This document shows, in pieces, positions 8,321 to 16,707 of a stretch of DNA of 64,000 nucleotides. The position numbers and the translations under genes were made by a program. How positions within the stretch are numbered: the stretch's first letter is position 1; each line of letters begins with the position of its first letter. The DNA is from Oscillospiraceae bacterium (GTDB taxonomy: Bacteria > Bacillota > Clostridia > Oscillospirales > QAMX01). The stretch is from NCBI GenBank assembly GCA_015067715.1, contig SVLY01000008.1:740-64739 (forward strand), read 5' to 3'. The notes beneath the pieces are model-generated. The model saw only the letters and a list, made by a program, of their open reading frames with translations, did no database searches and had not been told where the DNA came from.

Positions 8321-9289
8321 ATGAAGCGTACAAAGAAGATCACAGCACTCATCCTTCTGATTGCAATGACAGCCATCATCGCCCTCACAGGCTCCGCCTG
8401 CGGCGACACAGGAACCTACACCGTCGGCATCTGCCAGCTCACCACCCACGTCGCTCTCGACGCCGCCACCGAAGGCTTCAAGCAGGCACTCATAGACGAG
8501 CTGGGCGAAGAAAACGTCACCTTCGACTACCAGAACGCCGCAGGCGACTCCAACACCTGCACCACCATCGCCAACAACTTCGTTTCCAAGAACGTTGACC
8601 TGATCATGGCAAACGCCACCGCCGCTCTTCAGGCTTCCGCTTCTGCCACCACCACTATCCCGATCCTCGGCACCTCCATCACCGAGTACGGCGTTGCCCT
8701 TAACATCGAAAACTTTACCGGCACCGTGGGCGGAAACATCTCCGGCACCTCCGACCTTGCTCCCCTCACCGAGCAGGCTCAAATGATCATCGACCTCTTC
8801 CCCGAAGCCAAGACCGTCGGCCTTCTCTACTGCTCTGCCGAACCCAACTCCGCCTACCAGGTCAAGGTCGTCCGCGAATACCTTGAGGGTAAGGGTCTGA
8901 CCTGCCTCGACTTCTCCTTCTCTGACTCCAACGACGTTGCCGTTGTCACCGAAAAGGCCTCCACCGACAGCGACGTTATCTACATCCCCACCGACAACAC
9001 CGCCGCTGACTGCACCGAGATCATCAACAACATCTGCCTGCCCAAGCAGGTTCCGATCTTCGCAGGCGAGGCCGGCATCTGCTCCGGCTGCGGCGTTTAC
9101 ACCCTCTCAATCAGCTACTACGAGATCGGCTACAAGACCGGCCTTATGGCGGCTCAGATCCTCACCGGTGAGGCAGACATTTCCCAAATGCCCATCGAAT
9201 ACGATCCCAACCCCGTCAAGAAGTACAACGCCGAAAACTGCTCCGCTCTCGGCCTTACCGCACCCTCTGACTACGTTGTCATCGAGTAA
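8321..9289 (+). CDS. ABC transporter substrate-binding lipoprotein (ABC_sub_bind / ABC.X4 type)
   Basis: MKRTKKITALILLIAMTAIIALTGSAC lipobox. I chose the ATG at 8321 rather than the ORF-track start at 8234. The family is usually annotated as a putative Trp/Tyr-type ABC.X4 substrate-binding protein. Confidence 0.75.
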   Translation: MKRTKKITALILLIAMTAIIALTGSACGDTGTYTVGICQLTTHVALDAATEGFKQALIDELGEENVTFDYQNAAGDSNTCTTIANNFVSKNVDLIMANATAALQASASATTTIPILGTSITEYGVALNIENFTGTVGGNISGTSDLAPLTEQAQMIIDLFPEAKTVGLLYCSAEPNSAYQVKVVREYLEGKGLTCLDFSFSDSNDVAVVTEKASTDSDVIYIPTDNTAADCTEIINNICLPKQVPIFAGEAGICSGCGVYTLSISYYEIGYKTGLMAAQILTGEADISQMPIEYDPNPVKKYNAENCSALGLTAPSDYVVIE

Positions 9290-9338
9290 TAAACAAGCTT
9301 AAATCAACTACTAACTTTCGGAAATCGGTGAATTATCA

Positions 9339-10253
9339 ATGGGATTCATTAACGCTCTTCTGAGCCTGCTGAACGCACTTCCCGGTGCCGTTGCCCAGGG
9401 CATTATCTGGGGGATAATGGCCATCGGCGTATACGTCACCTACAAAATACTGGATATCGCAGACCTTACGGTCGACGGCTCCATCTGCACCGGTGCCTGT
9501 GTTTGTACAATGCTGGTCACAAACGGCGTTAGTGTATGGATAGCAATGCCCGCGGCGATCCTCGCGGGTATGCTCACCGGTCTTCTCACAGGCGTGTTCC
9601 ACACCGTTCTGGGAATTCCGGCAATTCTCTCGGGCATTCTCACCCAGCTCATGCTCTGGTCCATCAACCTGAAGATCCTTGGAAGCAAGTCCAACCAGGG
9701 TCTCAGCGCCAGAACTTACAACGTTGCCATCACCCAGCTTGAGCGCTACAAGGCGATAATTATACTTCTCGTCTTCGTTGCCGCGCTCATCGGTCTGCTC
9801 TACTGGTTCTTCGGAACAGAGCTCGGCTGCTCGATACGCGCAACGGGCTGTAACCTGAACATGAGCCACGCCCAGGGCATAAACACCAATTTCACAAAGA
9901 TTTTAGGTCTTGTTATCTCCAACGGCATCGTCGCCTTCTCCGGCGCTCTGCTCTGCCAGTATCAGGGCTTTGCAGATATCAACATGGGCCGCGGCGCCAT
10001 CGTTATCGGTCTTGCCGCCGTTATCATCGGCGAGGCGCTTTTCGGAAAGTTTACCCACAACTTTGCAGTTAAACTTCTCTGCGTTATCGGCGGCGGTATT
10101 ATATACTACATAGTATATCAGACCGTTATCTGGATCGGTCTGGACACCGACCTTCTCAAGATGCTCTCCGCGCTTGTGGTTGCAATTTTCCTTGCCGTGC
10201 CCACTCTGAAAGCAAAGCTCTCATCAAACCGGAAAAAGAACGGAGGTAACTGA
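9339..10253 (+). CDS. ABC transporter permease (ABC.X4 type)
   Basis: 304-aa polytopic ORF lying between the substrate-binding protein and the ATPase. Confidence 0.8.
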   Translation: MGFINALLSLLNALPGAVAQGIIWGIMAIGVYVTYKILDIADLTVDGSICTGACVCTMLVTNGVSVWIAMPAAILAGMLTGLLTGVFHTVLGIPAILSGILTQLMLWSINLKILGSKSNQGLSARTYNVAITQLERYKAIIILLVFVAALIGLLYWFFGTELGCSIRATGCNLNMSHAQGINTNFTKILGLVISNGIVAFSGALLCQYQGFADINMGRGAIVIGLAAVIIGEALFGKFTHNFAVKLLCVIGGGIIYYIVYQTVIWIGLDTDLLKMLSALVVAIFLAVPTLKAKLSSNRKKNGGN

Positions 10254-10255
10254 CC

Positions 10256-11050
10256 GTGCTTCAGCTTGAAAACCTGTCAAAAACCTTCAATGCGGGAACC
10301 GTCAACGCAAAGCTTGCGCTGAACGACCTGTCCCTCACCCTCAATAACGGCGATTTTGTCACCATAATCGGCGGCAACGGTGCGGGCAAAAGCACCATGC
10401 TCAACGCCATTGCCGGGGCATGGAAGCCGGACTCCGGCAGGATCATAATCGATGGTGAGGATATAACCAACATTCCCGAACACAAGAGAGCAAAATTCCT
10501 CGGCCGGGTATTTCAGGATCCCATGATGGGCACAGCCTCGAACATGTGGGTTGAAGAAAACCTTGCCATCGCCCGTCGCCGGGGACAAAAGCACACACTC
10601 CGCTGGGCGATCACCTCTGCTGAGCGAAACGAGTACCGCGAGCTGTTAAAGCCCCTCGGTCTGGGTCTTGAGGACCGGCTCACAACAAAAATGGGTCTGC
10701 TCTCCGGTGGTCAGCGCCAGGCTATAACTCTGCTGATGGCCACCATGGGAAAGCCAAAGCTCCTGCTTTTGGACGAGCACACCGCCGCTCTTGACCCCAA
10801 GACCGCCGCGACCGTCCTCGGTCTCACAGACAAGCTCATCAGCGAAGGCGGACTCACCGCGCTTATGGTCACCCACAACATGAAGGACGCCATTGCCCAC
10901 GGAAACCGCCTTATCATGATGAACGCCGGAAAGATAATTTTCGACGTAAGCGGAGAGGCCAAGAAAAAGCTCACCGTGGAAGATCTTCTCTCACACTTTG
11001 CCGCCGCCAGCGGCACGGAGTTTGCCTCGGACAGAGCGCTTCTCGGATAA
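10256..11050 (+). CDS. ABC transporter ATP-binding protein
   Basis: Walker A GGNGAGKST, signature LSGGQRQ, Walker B LLLLDEH. Confidence 0.9.
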   Translation: MLQLENLSKTFNAGTVNAKLALNDLSLTLNNGDFVTIIGGNGAGKSTMLNAIAGAWKPDSGRIIIDGEDITNIPEHKRAKFLGRVFQDPMMGTASNMWVEENLAIARRRGQKHTLRWAITSAERNEYRELLKPLGLGLEDRLTTKMGLLSGGQRQAITLLMATMGKPKLLLLDEHTAALDPKTAATVLGLTDKLISEGGLTALMVTHNMKDAIAHGNRLIMMNAGKIIFDVSGEAKKKLTVEDLLSHFAAASGTEFASDRALLG

Positions 11051-11065
11051 AGCCGATCCTCCTCC

Positions 11066-11222
11066 CCCCTTCCCCCTTGTCTAAAAGGGGGAAGGGGGGA
11101 TACCGTAAATCTACCGCATGTGCCCCCCTTGTCTAAAGGGGGGAAGGGGGGATACTGTAAATCTACCGCATGCGCCCCCCTTGTCTAAAGGGGGGAAGGG
11201 GGGATACTGTAAATCTACCTCT
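11066..11222. repeat. 3 tandem copies of a 52-bp C6/G6-rich repeat
   Basis: Period 52 (ctaccgcatg occurs at 11111 and 11163). The unit is tgCCCCCCttgtctaaaGGGGGGaaGGGGGGatactgtaaatctaccgcatg. Copies 2 and 3 are nearly identical and copy 1 is slightly diverged. Confidence 0.9.
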
Positions 11223-11239
11223 ATTCCCAAATATATGCG

Positions 11240-11277
11240 AAGACCCCTCGGCACAAACTGCAGTGCCGAGGGGTCTT
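11240..11277. terminator. intrinsic terminator between the convergent ABC operon and GH16 gene
   Basis: 15-bp stem aagacccctcggcac/gtgccgaggggtctt with an 8-nt loop and a short T-run. Confidence 0.6.
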
Positions 11278-11289
11278 TTCCGGTTTGGA

Positions 11290-12051
11290 TCATTCGGGCA
11301 TGACCATAACGCCGTCTTCTTTCTGATAGACACGTACGTAATCGATAATATACTCACTCTCGGTATCAAGGGCAATACCTTCAGAACTGAAAGCGTGCTC
11401 AAGGGAAAGGATGACTTCCTCATCGACCAGGGAGACTCCGTCACCCCAGCTTGTCTCAAAATACATCTTACCGTCGCAGAAGAAACGGTAGACCTTATCC
11501 GTCCACTCAAGAGCGTAGGTGTGATATGCAGTGAAGCAATCGGGAATGTTCAATCTGACAACCGGGGGATGATCCGTTGGATCTCCGAGAAGCGGTGGGT
11601 CCTTCATTCCCTTGACGTGGATATTGCTCTCTATGCCGGGCATACCGCCAAAGTTCTCAAGGGCTTCAACAACGTCTATCTCCGCCCCGCCGGGACCGCC
11701 CTGTGAAAATTCTGCCTCGTACGGATGCCGTGCCTGTACCCAGAACGCGCTCCAGAACGGGTTGATATCCGGCCCGCGTCGAACGTTTTTATTGCAGATA
11801 CAGCGCACTTCAAAATAACCGCGTATAAACCGCGGAATCGCTCCCACCCAGCCGGAATACCAGCCGGGGCCAAACTCACCGTCGAAATACTTCTGACGGA
11901 TAACCAGATTTCCGTTTTCAACGCTCACCTGACTGTCTGCATTGTAACCGCAGCGTCTTTTGCCGCTGCGGCGGCAGCGCCATTTTGTTGTGTCCAGGGA
12001 ATCACCGTTAAAATCATCCTCAAAAACCAGCTTATATCCTTCGGGTACCAT
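11290..12051 (-). CDS. GH16-family glycoside hydrolase (beta-glucanase-like), no signal peptide
   Basis: Catalytic E-x-D-x-x-E motif EIDVVE. I chose the start at MVPEGYKLVFEDDFNG (ATG at 12051), not the ORF-track start at 12348. Paralog of 12131..12877. Confidence 0.8.
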   Translation of the reverse strand: MVPEGYKLVFEDDFNGDSLDTTKWRCRRSGKRRCGYNADSQVSVENGNLVIRQKYFDGEFGPGWYSGWVGAIPRFIRGYFEVRCICNKNVRRGPDINPFWSAFWVQARHPYEAEFSQGGPGGAEIDVVEALENFGGMPGIESNIHVKGMKDPPLLGDPTDHPPVVRLNIPDCFTAYHTYALEWTDKVYRFFCDGKMYFETSWGDGVSLVDEEVILSLEHAFSSEGIALDTESEYIIDYVRVYQKEDGVMVMPE

Positions 12052-12130
12052 AACTAAAACCTCACAGAGAAAATATAAACAAGATACCCCGCCGGAGAAA
12101 GACGTTTTCTGCGGCAGGGATTTTGTCAGT

Positions 12131-12877
12131 TTATTCGCGTATGGCCATAATATCGGATTCTTTCTGATAGACGCGGACGTAGTCCACGATGAACTCAGAG
12201 GCTTTATCCTTGGGCTGAACACAGGAAGACGGAAGCTCGATAGAAACGATAAGGTCCTCGACGACCCGGGAAACACCGTCGCCCCAGTCGGTCTCGCAGT
12301 AGAGCTTACCGTCGAAATAGAAGCGGTATACCTCGTCCGTCCATTCAAGGGCGTAGGTGTGGTATGCGGTGCAGCAGTCGGGAACGTTCAGACGTACCAC
12401 GGGCATATGATCCGTACCGTCACCCTCAGGGTGGGGACGGGTCATGCCGGCAACGTGAATATTGGACTCAACGCCGATCTGCCCTCCCATGTTTTCAGTG
12501 CACTCGATAATATCGATCTCCGCTCCGCCGGGGCCGCCGAGGGAAAGCTCAGGCTCGTAGGGGTGATCGGCCTGCAGCCAGAAGGCGCTCCAGAAGTCGC
12601 CGTTTCTATGGTGTTCGTTGCAGATACAGCGGATCTCGAAGTAGCCCCGGCAGAATCTGGGATTTGCCTTTATCATTCCGCCGTACCAGCCCTCACCGAA
12701 TTCGCCTTCGCAGTATTTCTGGCTGAGAATAAGGTTTCCGTTTTCAACCCTGACACGGTCGGGAGAGTTATAGCCACAGCGGCGCGGGCCGGTGGCGCGG
12801 TAGCTCCATTTTGTAAGGTCAAGCGTATCGCCGTTAAAATCGTCTTCAAAAACAAGCTTGTAGCCTTCGGGTATCAT
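12131..12877 (-). CDS. GH16-family glycoside hydrolase (beta-glucanase-like), no signal peptide
   Basis: 248 aa, starting MIPEGYKLVFEDDFNG, with catalytic EIDIIE. The concanavalin-like fold is inferred from the motifs. Confidence 0.8.
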   Translation of the reverse strand: MIPEGYKLVFEDDFNGDTLDLTKWSYRATGPRRCGYNSPDRVRVENGNLILSQKYCEGEFGEGWYGGMIKANPRFCRGYFEIRCICNEHHRNGDFWSAFWLQADHPYEPELSLGGPGGAEIDIIECTENMGGQIGVESNIHVAGMTRPHPEGDGTDHMPVVRLNVPDCCTAYHTYALEWTDEVYRFYFDGKLYCETDWGDGVSRVVEDLIVSIELPSSCVQPKDKASEFIVDYVRVYQKESDIMAIRE

Positions 12878-12991
12878 TTTATCTTCAGCTCCTTATAATA
12901 TCTGTCATCTGCCCGTATAGGGGGCACGGTTTGAGTTTACCACACTAAAGCCCGGCTGTCAAGAAAAAACCTTTAACATCCCGAAGTATTT

Positions 12992-13687
12992 TCACAGGGC
13001 GATCTCAACGGGAGAATCCGTCACCATAGACTCCGGAGTGACAAGGCAGTCATAGGCGAGTATCTTCACTCCCGAAGCGCTGACCCTTCGAAGGGCATCT
13101 CCAAACTCCCGGTGGGTTTCGTCGTTAGGGCGGAAAAGGCTTATCTCCTTCATCTGGATAACGAAGAGAACGTAGGCCTCAAATCCTGAGGCGAGAGCTT
13201 TTTCAAGACCGTAAAGGTGCTTGACTCCCCTTTCCGTTGGCGCATCCGGAAAAGAGGCAACTCCCCCGTGCTCCAACGTCACACCCTTTACCTCGATGAA
13301 CGCCTGCCTTTCCCCGTCCCGAACAAACAGGTCAAACCGCGAATCACCGAAGGTGACCTCACTTTTGACCTCCGCTTCTGCAGAAAACAGGCCTCCGGAT
13401 TTCACCCATTCAAAAGCGGCCTTATTCGGAGCCTGGGAGTCCATGTTCACAAGAAGTGGTTCTTTCCCGTCCCGAAGCTTTTCCACCGCCACAAGGTCAC
13501 AGGGAAGCTTTCTTGCCGGATTTGAAGACCGTGTCAGATAGACCCTGCACCCCGGAACGAGAAGCTCACGGCACCTGCCCGTGTTTTTAACGTGGACCTC
13601 CTCCTCTGCCCCGTTTATCAGCACCTTCGCAACGAATCGGTTCGGCCGGGAAAGGAAGGTTGCGGGAATTATGTTTGGATAGCGCAT
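12992..13687 (-). CDS. sfsA: sugar fermentation stimulation protein SfsA
   Basis: MRYPNIIPATFLSRPNRFVAKVLINGAEEEVHVKNTGRCRELL is a typical SfsA N-terminus. I chose the ATG at 13687 with a GGAGGA RBS. Confidence 0.85.
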   Translation of the reverse strand: MRYPNIIPATFLSRPNRFVAKVLINGAEEEVHVKNTGRCRELLVPGCRVYLTRSSNPARKLPCDLVAVEKLRDGKEPLLVNMDSQAPNKAAFEWVKSGGLFSAEAEVKSEVTFGDSRFDLFVRDGERQAFIEVKGVTLEHGGVASFPDAPTERGVKHLYGLEKALASGFEAYVLFVIQMKEISLFRPNDETHREFGDALRRVSASGVKILAYDCLVTPESMVTDSPVEIAL

Positions 13688-13776
13688 TTTATCCTCCGCC
13701 TTTCTGAACACAGGTATTATAACAAAAGAAAACAAAGTTTTCAATACGCCGCCGAAAACCGACCTTAAGCACCCAT

Positions 13777-13805
13777 TTGACAACTGAGCGCATATGTGCT
13801 ATAAT
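13777..13805 (+). promoter_or_regulatory. consensus sigma-70 promoter of ssrA
   Basis: TTGACA-17 nt-TATAAT, about 20 nt upstream of the mature tmRNA 5' end. Confidence 0.7.
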
Positions 13806-13824
13806 TCAACTGACCCAAATATCT

Positions 13825-14172
13825 GGGGGCGTACCGGTTTCGACGGGGACGTTGAGCATCGGTAAGCGGGCAGAGGTGCGGGACCTCTTTAAAATCCGCA
13901 ACTTGTTATAAATTAAATAACAACGATTACGCACTCGCTGCCTAAATAATGGCGGCCGTCCTCCCCGGAAGTACCGCACTCCGGGATAGGGCGTCATATT
14001 TTGCGGTGAACGCGTCAGGGTAAGCTTTGCCCCTGTCTGTGTATCATGAAGCTACCGACTCCGTAAGGCTGTAGGCCGCCGTGCGGAGGGGGGAATCCTA
14101 AAAGACCAACTGCGCCCGGAGAAAGCTTGTGGGAGATGTTTTCGGACACGGGTTCGACTCCCGTCGCCTCCA
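13825..14172 (+). ncRNA. ssrA: tmRNA (transfer-messenger RNA)
   Basis: 5' end GGGGGCGTACCGGTTTCGACGGGGA and 3' end GGACACGGGTTCGACTCCCGTCGCCTCCA (tRNA-Ala-like acceptor/T-arm). The internal tag frame ends ..N-N-N-D-Y-A-L-A-A-TAA (13925..13945). The resume codon was not determined. Confidence 0.95.
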
Positions 14173-14180
14173 TAGAAAAA

Positions 14181-14211
14181 AGCCATTCACTTAAAGTGAA
14201 TGGCTTTTTTC
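14181..14211 (+). terminator. intrinsic terminator of ssrA
   Basis: agccattcac-ttaaa-gtgaatggct followed by TTTTTT. Confidence 0.85.
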
Positions 14212-14212
14212 A

Positions 14213-14431
14213 ACTAAATCCGTCCTTGCGGACGGGATAAATCCACCTGCGGTGGATGAAATCACTTCGTGATGAAATCCGACTTCGTCGGGAGATAAGG
14301 ACGGATTTAATTTCATCTGCGTTTGCAGATTTCATCCGTACAAAGTGAGGATTTCATCTGCGTTTGCACGATTTCATTGTTTGTCTACCCGACAAAGGAG
14401 GGTTCTTTTCAGCCGGATCCGTCCTTGCGGA
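14213..14431. repeat. array of short hairpins / GATGAAATC iterons in dyad arrangement, bracketed by a 15-bp direct repeat
   Basis: The left half has four units of (G)AT(G/A)AAATC followed by a 5-6-bp hairpin (14220-35, 14242-56, 14261-73, 14279-91). The right half has four inverted GATTTCAT(C) copies (14310, 14328, 14350, 14370), including an 18-bp direct repeat atttcatctgcgtttgca. The direct repeat atccgtccttgcgga occurs at 14218..14232 and 14417..14431. Confidence 0.8.
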
Positions 14432-14475
14432 AGAGTGAAATATTAATCACTAAATGGCAAACCGAGGTGGTTTAC

Positions 14476-14504
14476 TTGATTTTGAACGTGCTGTATGATA
14501 ATAT
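14476..14504 (+). promoter_or_regulatory. sigma-70-type promoter of the MORN-repeat gene
   Basis: TTGATT-17 nt-TAATAT. Confidence 0.4.
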
Positions 14505-14535
14505 ATAAATATACCACCCAAAAGAGGTAGAGTCT

Positions 14536-16134
14536 ATGTTCGATACCATTGTAAGGGCAACAAATGAACACGGCATTCTCAACGGTCAGGGACGATGGAA
14601 GCATCCCGATGGGCGAATATTCGAAGGAGAATGGCAAAACGGTATTCCCCATGGTGAGATGACGGAAATTCACCCCGACGGAACAACACTTCGTGCCAGA
14701 TACGTCCACGGAGTGCTTAACGGACATATGATACTGAAACAGGCAAACGGCTTCAGTTTAGAGGGAGAATGCAGCAACGGCAAGCTTAACGGCCCGGGAA
14801 TAGCCTGCTGGCCGAACGGATGTACCTATGACGGCAACTATTCCGACGGACTGCGCTCCGGTTTGGGTTCTATGCGCTATCCGGACGGTTCCGTCTACGA
14901 TGGCTACTGGTATAAAGATATACGCAGCGGAAAGGGAACATTAACCTTCTCTGACGGAACCTGCTACCAGGGCACGTTTCAGGACGACCTGCAAAGCGGT
15001 CACGGCACTCTGACTTACAGTGACGACTGCACTTATGAAGGTGAATTTTTTTCCGGGCAAAAGTCCGGACAGGGGATTTTTAGTTGGCCGGATCGTTCCC
15101 GCTATGAGGGAAGTTTTGATAATGACGTGCGCTCCGGATACGGAATTCTTACAGGAGCACGGGGTGAGCGATACGAAGGCCAGTGGAAACACGACTTGAA
15201 GTGGGGTCACGGCCGCCAACTATGGCACGACTATTCCACCTACGACGGGCAATGGCGTAAAGGATTTATCCATGGCTGGGGAACGACTACGTGGCCTAAC
15301 GGAGAATCCTACACGGGGTACCGCTATAAAGACAAATTCACCGGTTGGGGTACGTATATTGACAACGCCGGTAAACGGTACAGGGGGCTTTGGTCAAACG
15401 GCCGTCTGTTGCTTAGCAAAAAAGTCCCCAGCCCCGGTAGTCAGTTTTATTATACAGGACAGGGAAAAAGGGAATATATCACCTACCGCTATGAGGGCGG
15501 TTTTCTCAACGGGAATTGGGACGGCTACGGCGTAGTGGACTATGACGACGGTGAGCATTATGAGGGTGAATGGAAAAATGATCTGCGCCATGGCTATGGC
15601 ATAATGACCAAGCCAAACGGTTACCGTTACGAAGGACAATGGAAATTCGGAAAGCGCCACGGCAACGGCAGCTATACAAGCCCGGAGCACGATTTCAAAG
15701 GCGAATTTGTTGCCGATAAACGCCATGGCCATGCAGTTACCCGCTATATAAACGGCAACATATATGAAGGGGAGTATAAAAACGGCGAGCGGCACGGCAG
15801 TTGTGTTTACACCTTTGCCAACGGCACCCGTTTGATCTGCACTTATGAAAACGGAGAAGTCGTTGGCCAGGGCGAAAAGTACTTTTCCGACGGCGGTGTT
15901 TATAAAGGAGACCTGAGTCGTGACGGACGTCCCCATGGCAAGGGCGTGTGGGAACTGCCGGACGGCAGCCGATACGAAGGTGAACACAGAATGGGTTTTC
16001 GCCACGGCAAAGGCGTTCTGATTTTGCCTGACGGCACCCGCCAGGAGGGTCGGTTTGAAAAAGATAATTTTATCTGCCCGGAAGACGAATTTCGCTCCGA
16101 TGAAAGCGCCGACGCTTCTCAGAATGTTAAATAA
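14536..16134 (+). CDS. MORN-repeat protein (about 20 repeats), cytoplasmic
   Basis: The 532-aa ORF is almost entirely Y-x-G-x-W/F-x-x-G/D-x-x-x-G-x-G repeats (for example YEGEWKNDLRHGYG, YEGQWKFGKRHGNG). No signal peptide. GAGGTAG RBS. Confidence 0.85.
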   Translation: MFDTIVRATNEHGILNGQGRWKHPDGRIFEGEWQNGIPHGEMTEIHPDGTTLRARYVHGVLNGHMILKQANGFSLEGECSNGKLNGPGIACWPNGCTYDGNYSDGLRSGLGSMRYPDGSVYDGYWYKDIRSGKGTLTFSDGTCYQGTFQDDLQSGHGTLTYSDDCTYEGEFFSGQKSGQGIFSWPDRSRYEGSFDNDVRSGYGILTGARGERYEGQWKHDLKWGHGRQLWHDYSTYDGQWRKGFIHGWGTTTWPNGESYTGYRYKDKFTGWGTYIDNAGKRYRGLWSNGRLLLSKKVPSPGSQFYYTGQGKREYITYRYEGGFLNGNWDGYGVVDYDDGEHYEGEWKNDLRHGYGIMTKPNGYRYEGQWKFGKRHGNGSYTSPEHDFKGEFVADKRHGHAVTRYINGNIYEGEYKNGERHGSCVYTFANGTRLICTYENGEVVGQGEKYFSDGGVYKGDLSRDGRPHGKGVWELPDGSRYEGEHRMGFRHGKGVLILPDGTRQEGRFEKDNFICPEDEFRSDESADASQNVK

Positions 16135-16167
16135 TCAGTCAATCAAGCATGAAAGGTGGAACCGTTT

Positions 16168-16596
16168 TTGAAAAAGAAGATCTCTTATATCTCTTGTATC
16201 GGAATTGCAGTTTCACTGGTGATCTGTGCAATTCTGTATTTCAGGCCTTTACCCTTGTCAGGCTTTACAGACAAAAACTCAAAAATACACCTAACGCTGA
16301 TTGAGGACAATATTGATAACGGAGTGCTGTATTCCGATTCCACCGAATACCCCGATATCACAGAGGAACAGCATGAGGAAATACTGTCCGTACTGGATGA
16401 ATACTCCTGCCACAGAACCTTTGGCACACTGTTTTCAAACGGCATAATGCACGGACTTGGAAACAGAGTTCTCTACATTGCCAACGGCCAGATCATAACC
16501 GTGACTGAAAGCGGCAAGCTCAGTATCAACAGCAAGACTTACCGCATAAACAACGCAGATCAGCTTATCGGGCAAATACTGGAAATTTTGGAATAA
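16168..16596 (+). CDS. small N-terminally membrane-anchored hypothetical protein
   Basis: (M/L)KKKISYISCIGIAVSLVICAILYF transmembrane segment. I favour the TTG start at 16168 (AAAGGTGG upstream) over the GTG at 16156. AT-rich by eye. Confidence 0.55.
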   Translation: MKKKISYISCIGIAVSLVICAILYFRPLPLSGFTDKNSKIHLTLIEDNIDNGVLYSDSTEYPDITEEQHEEILSVLDEYSCHRTFGTLFSNGIMHGLGNRVLYIANGQIITVTESGKLSINSKTYRINNADQLIGQILEILE

Positions 16597-16615
16597 TCGA
16601 AATACCGATTCACCA

Positions 16616-16652
16616 AAAAGCGTCTTTTGTCAACGGGACAAAAGACGCTTTT
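16616..16652. terminator. bidirectional intrinsic terminator between convergent genes
   Basis: 16-bp stem aaaagcgtcttttgtc/gacaaaagacgctttt with a 5-nt loop. Confidence 0.8.
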
Positions 16653-16707
16653 TAGTGTAACGTAAATATCGGGTAAAAGTCATATATAACCGCAGTAGTA
16701 AGCGGAT

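Noticed and set aside
11066-11222. CRISPR array
   Set aside because: The 52-bp units are directly abutting with no spacers, there are only three copies, and there are no cas genes in the window.
11111-11706. Small ORFs (60-178 aa) crossing the 52-bp tandem repeat and running antisense to GH16
   Set aside because: Their translations are repeat-derived (PPCLKGGRGDTVNLP repeated) or are shadows of the GH16 gene. They have no RBS.
11290-12348. 352-aa version of the first GH16 gene
   Set aside because: The N-terminal 99 codons overlap the 3' end of the neighbouring paralog and the intergenic region. The paralog alignment places the true start at MVPEGYK (12051).
14323-14727. ORFs 14323..14508 (+) and 14443..14727 (-)
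   Set aside because: They cover the iteron/hairpin array and the MORN-gene promoter and 5' end. They have no RBS and implausible sequences.
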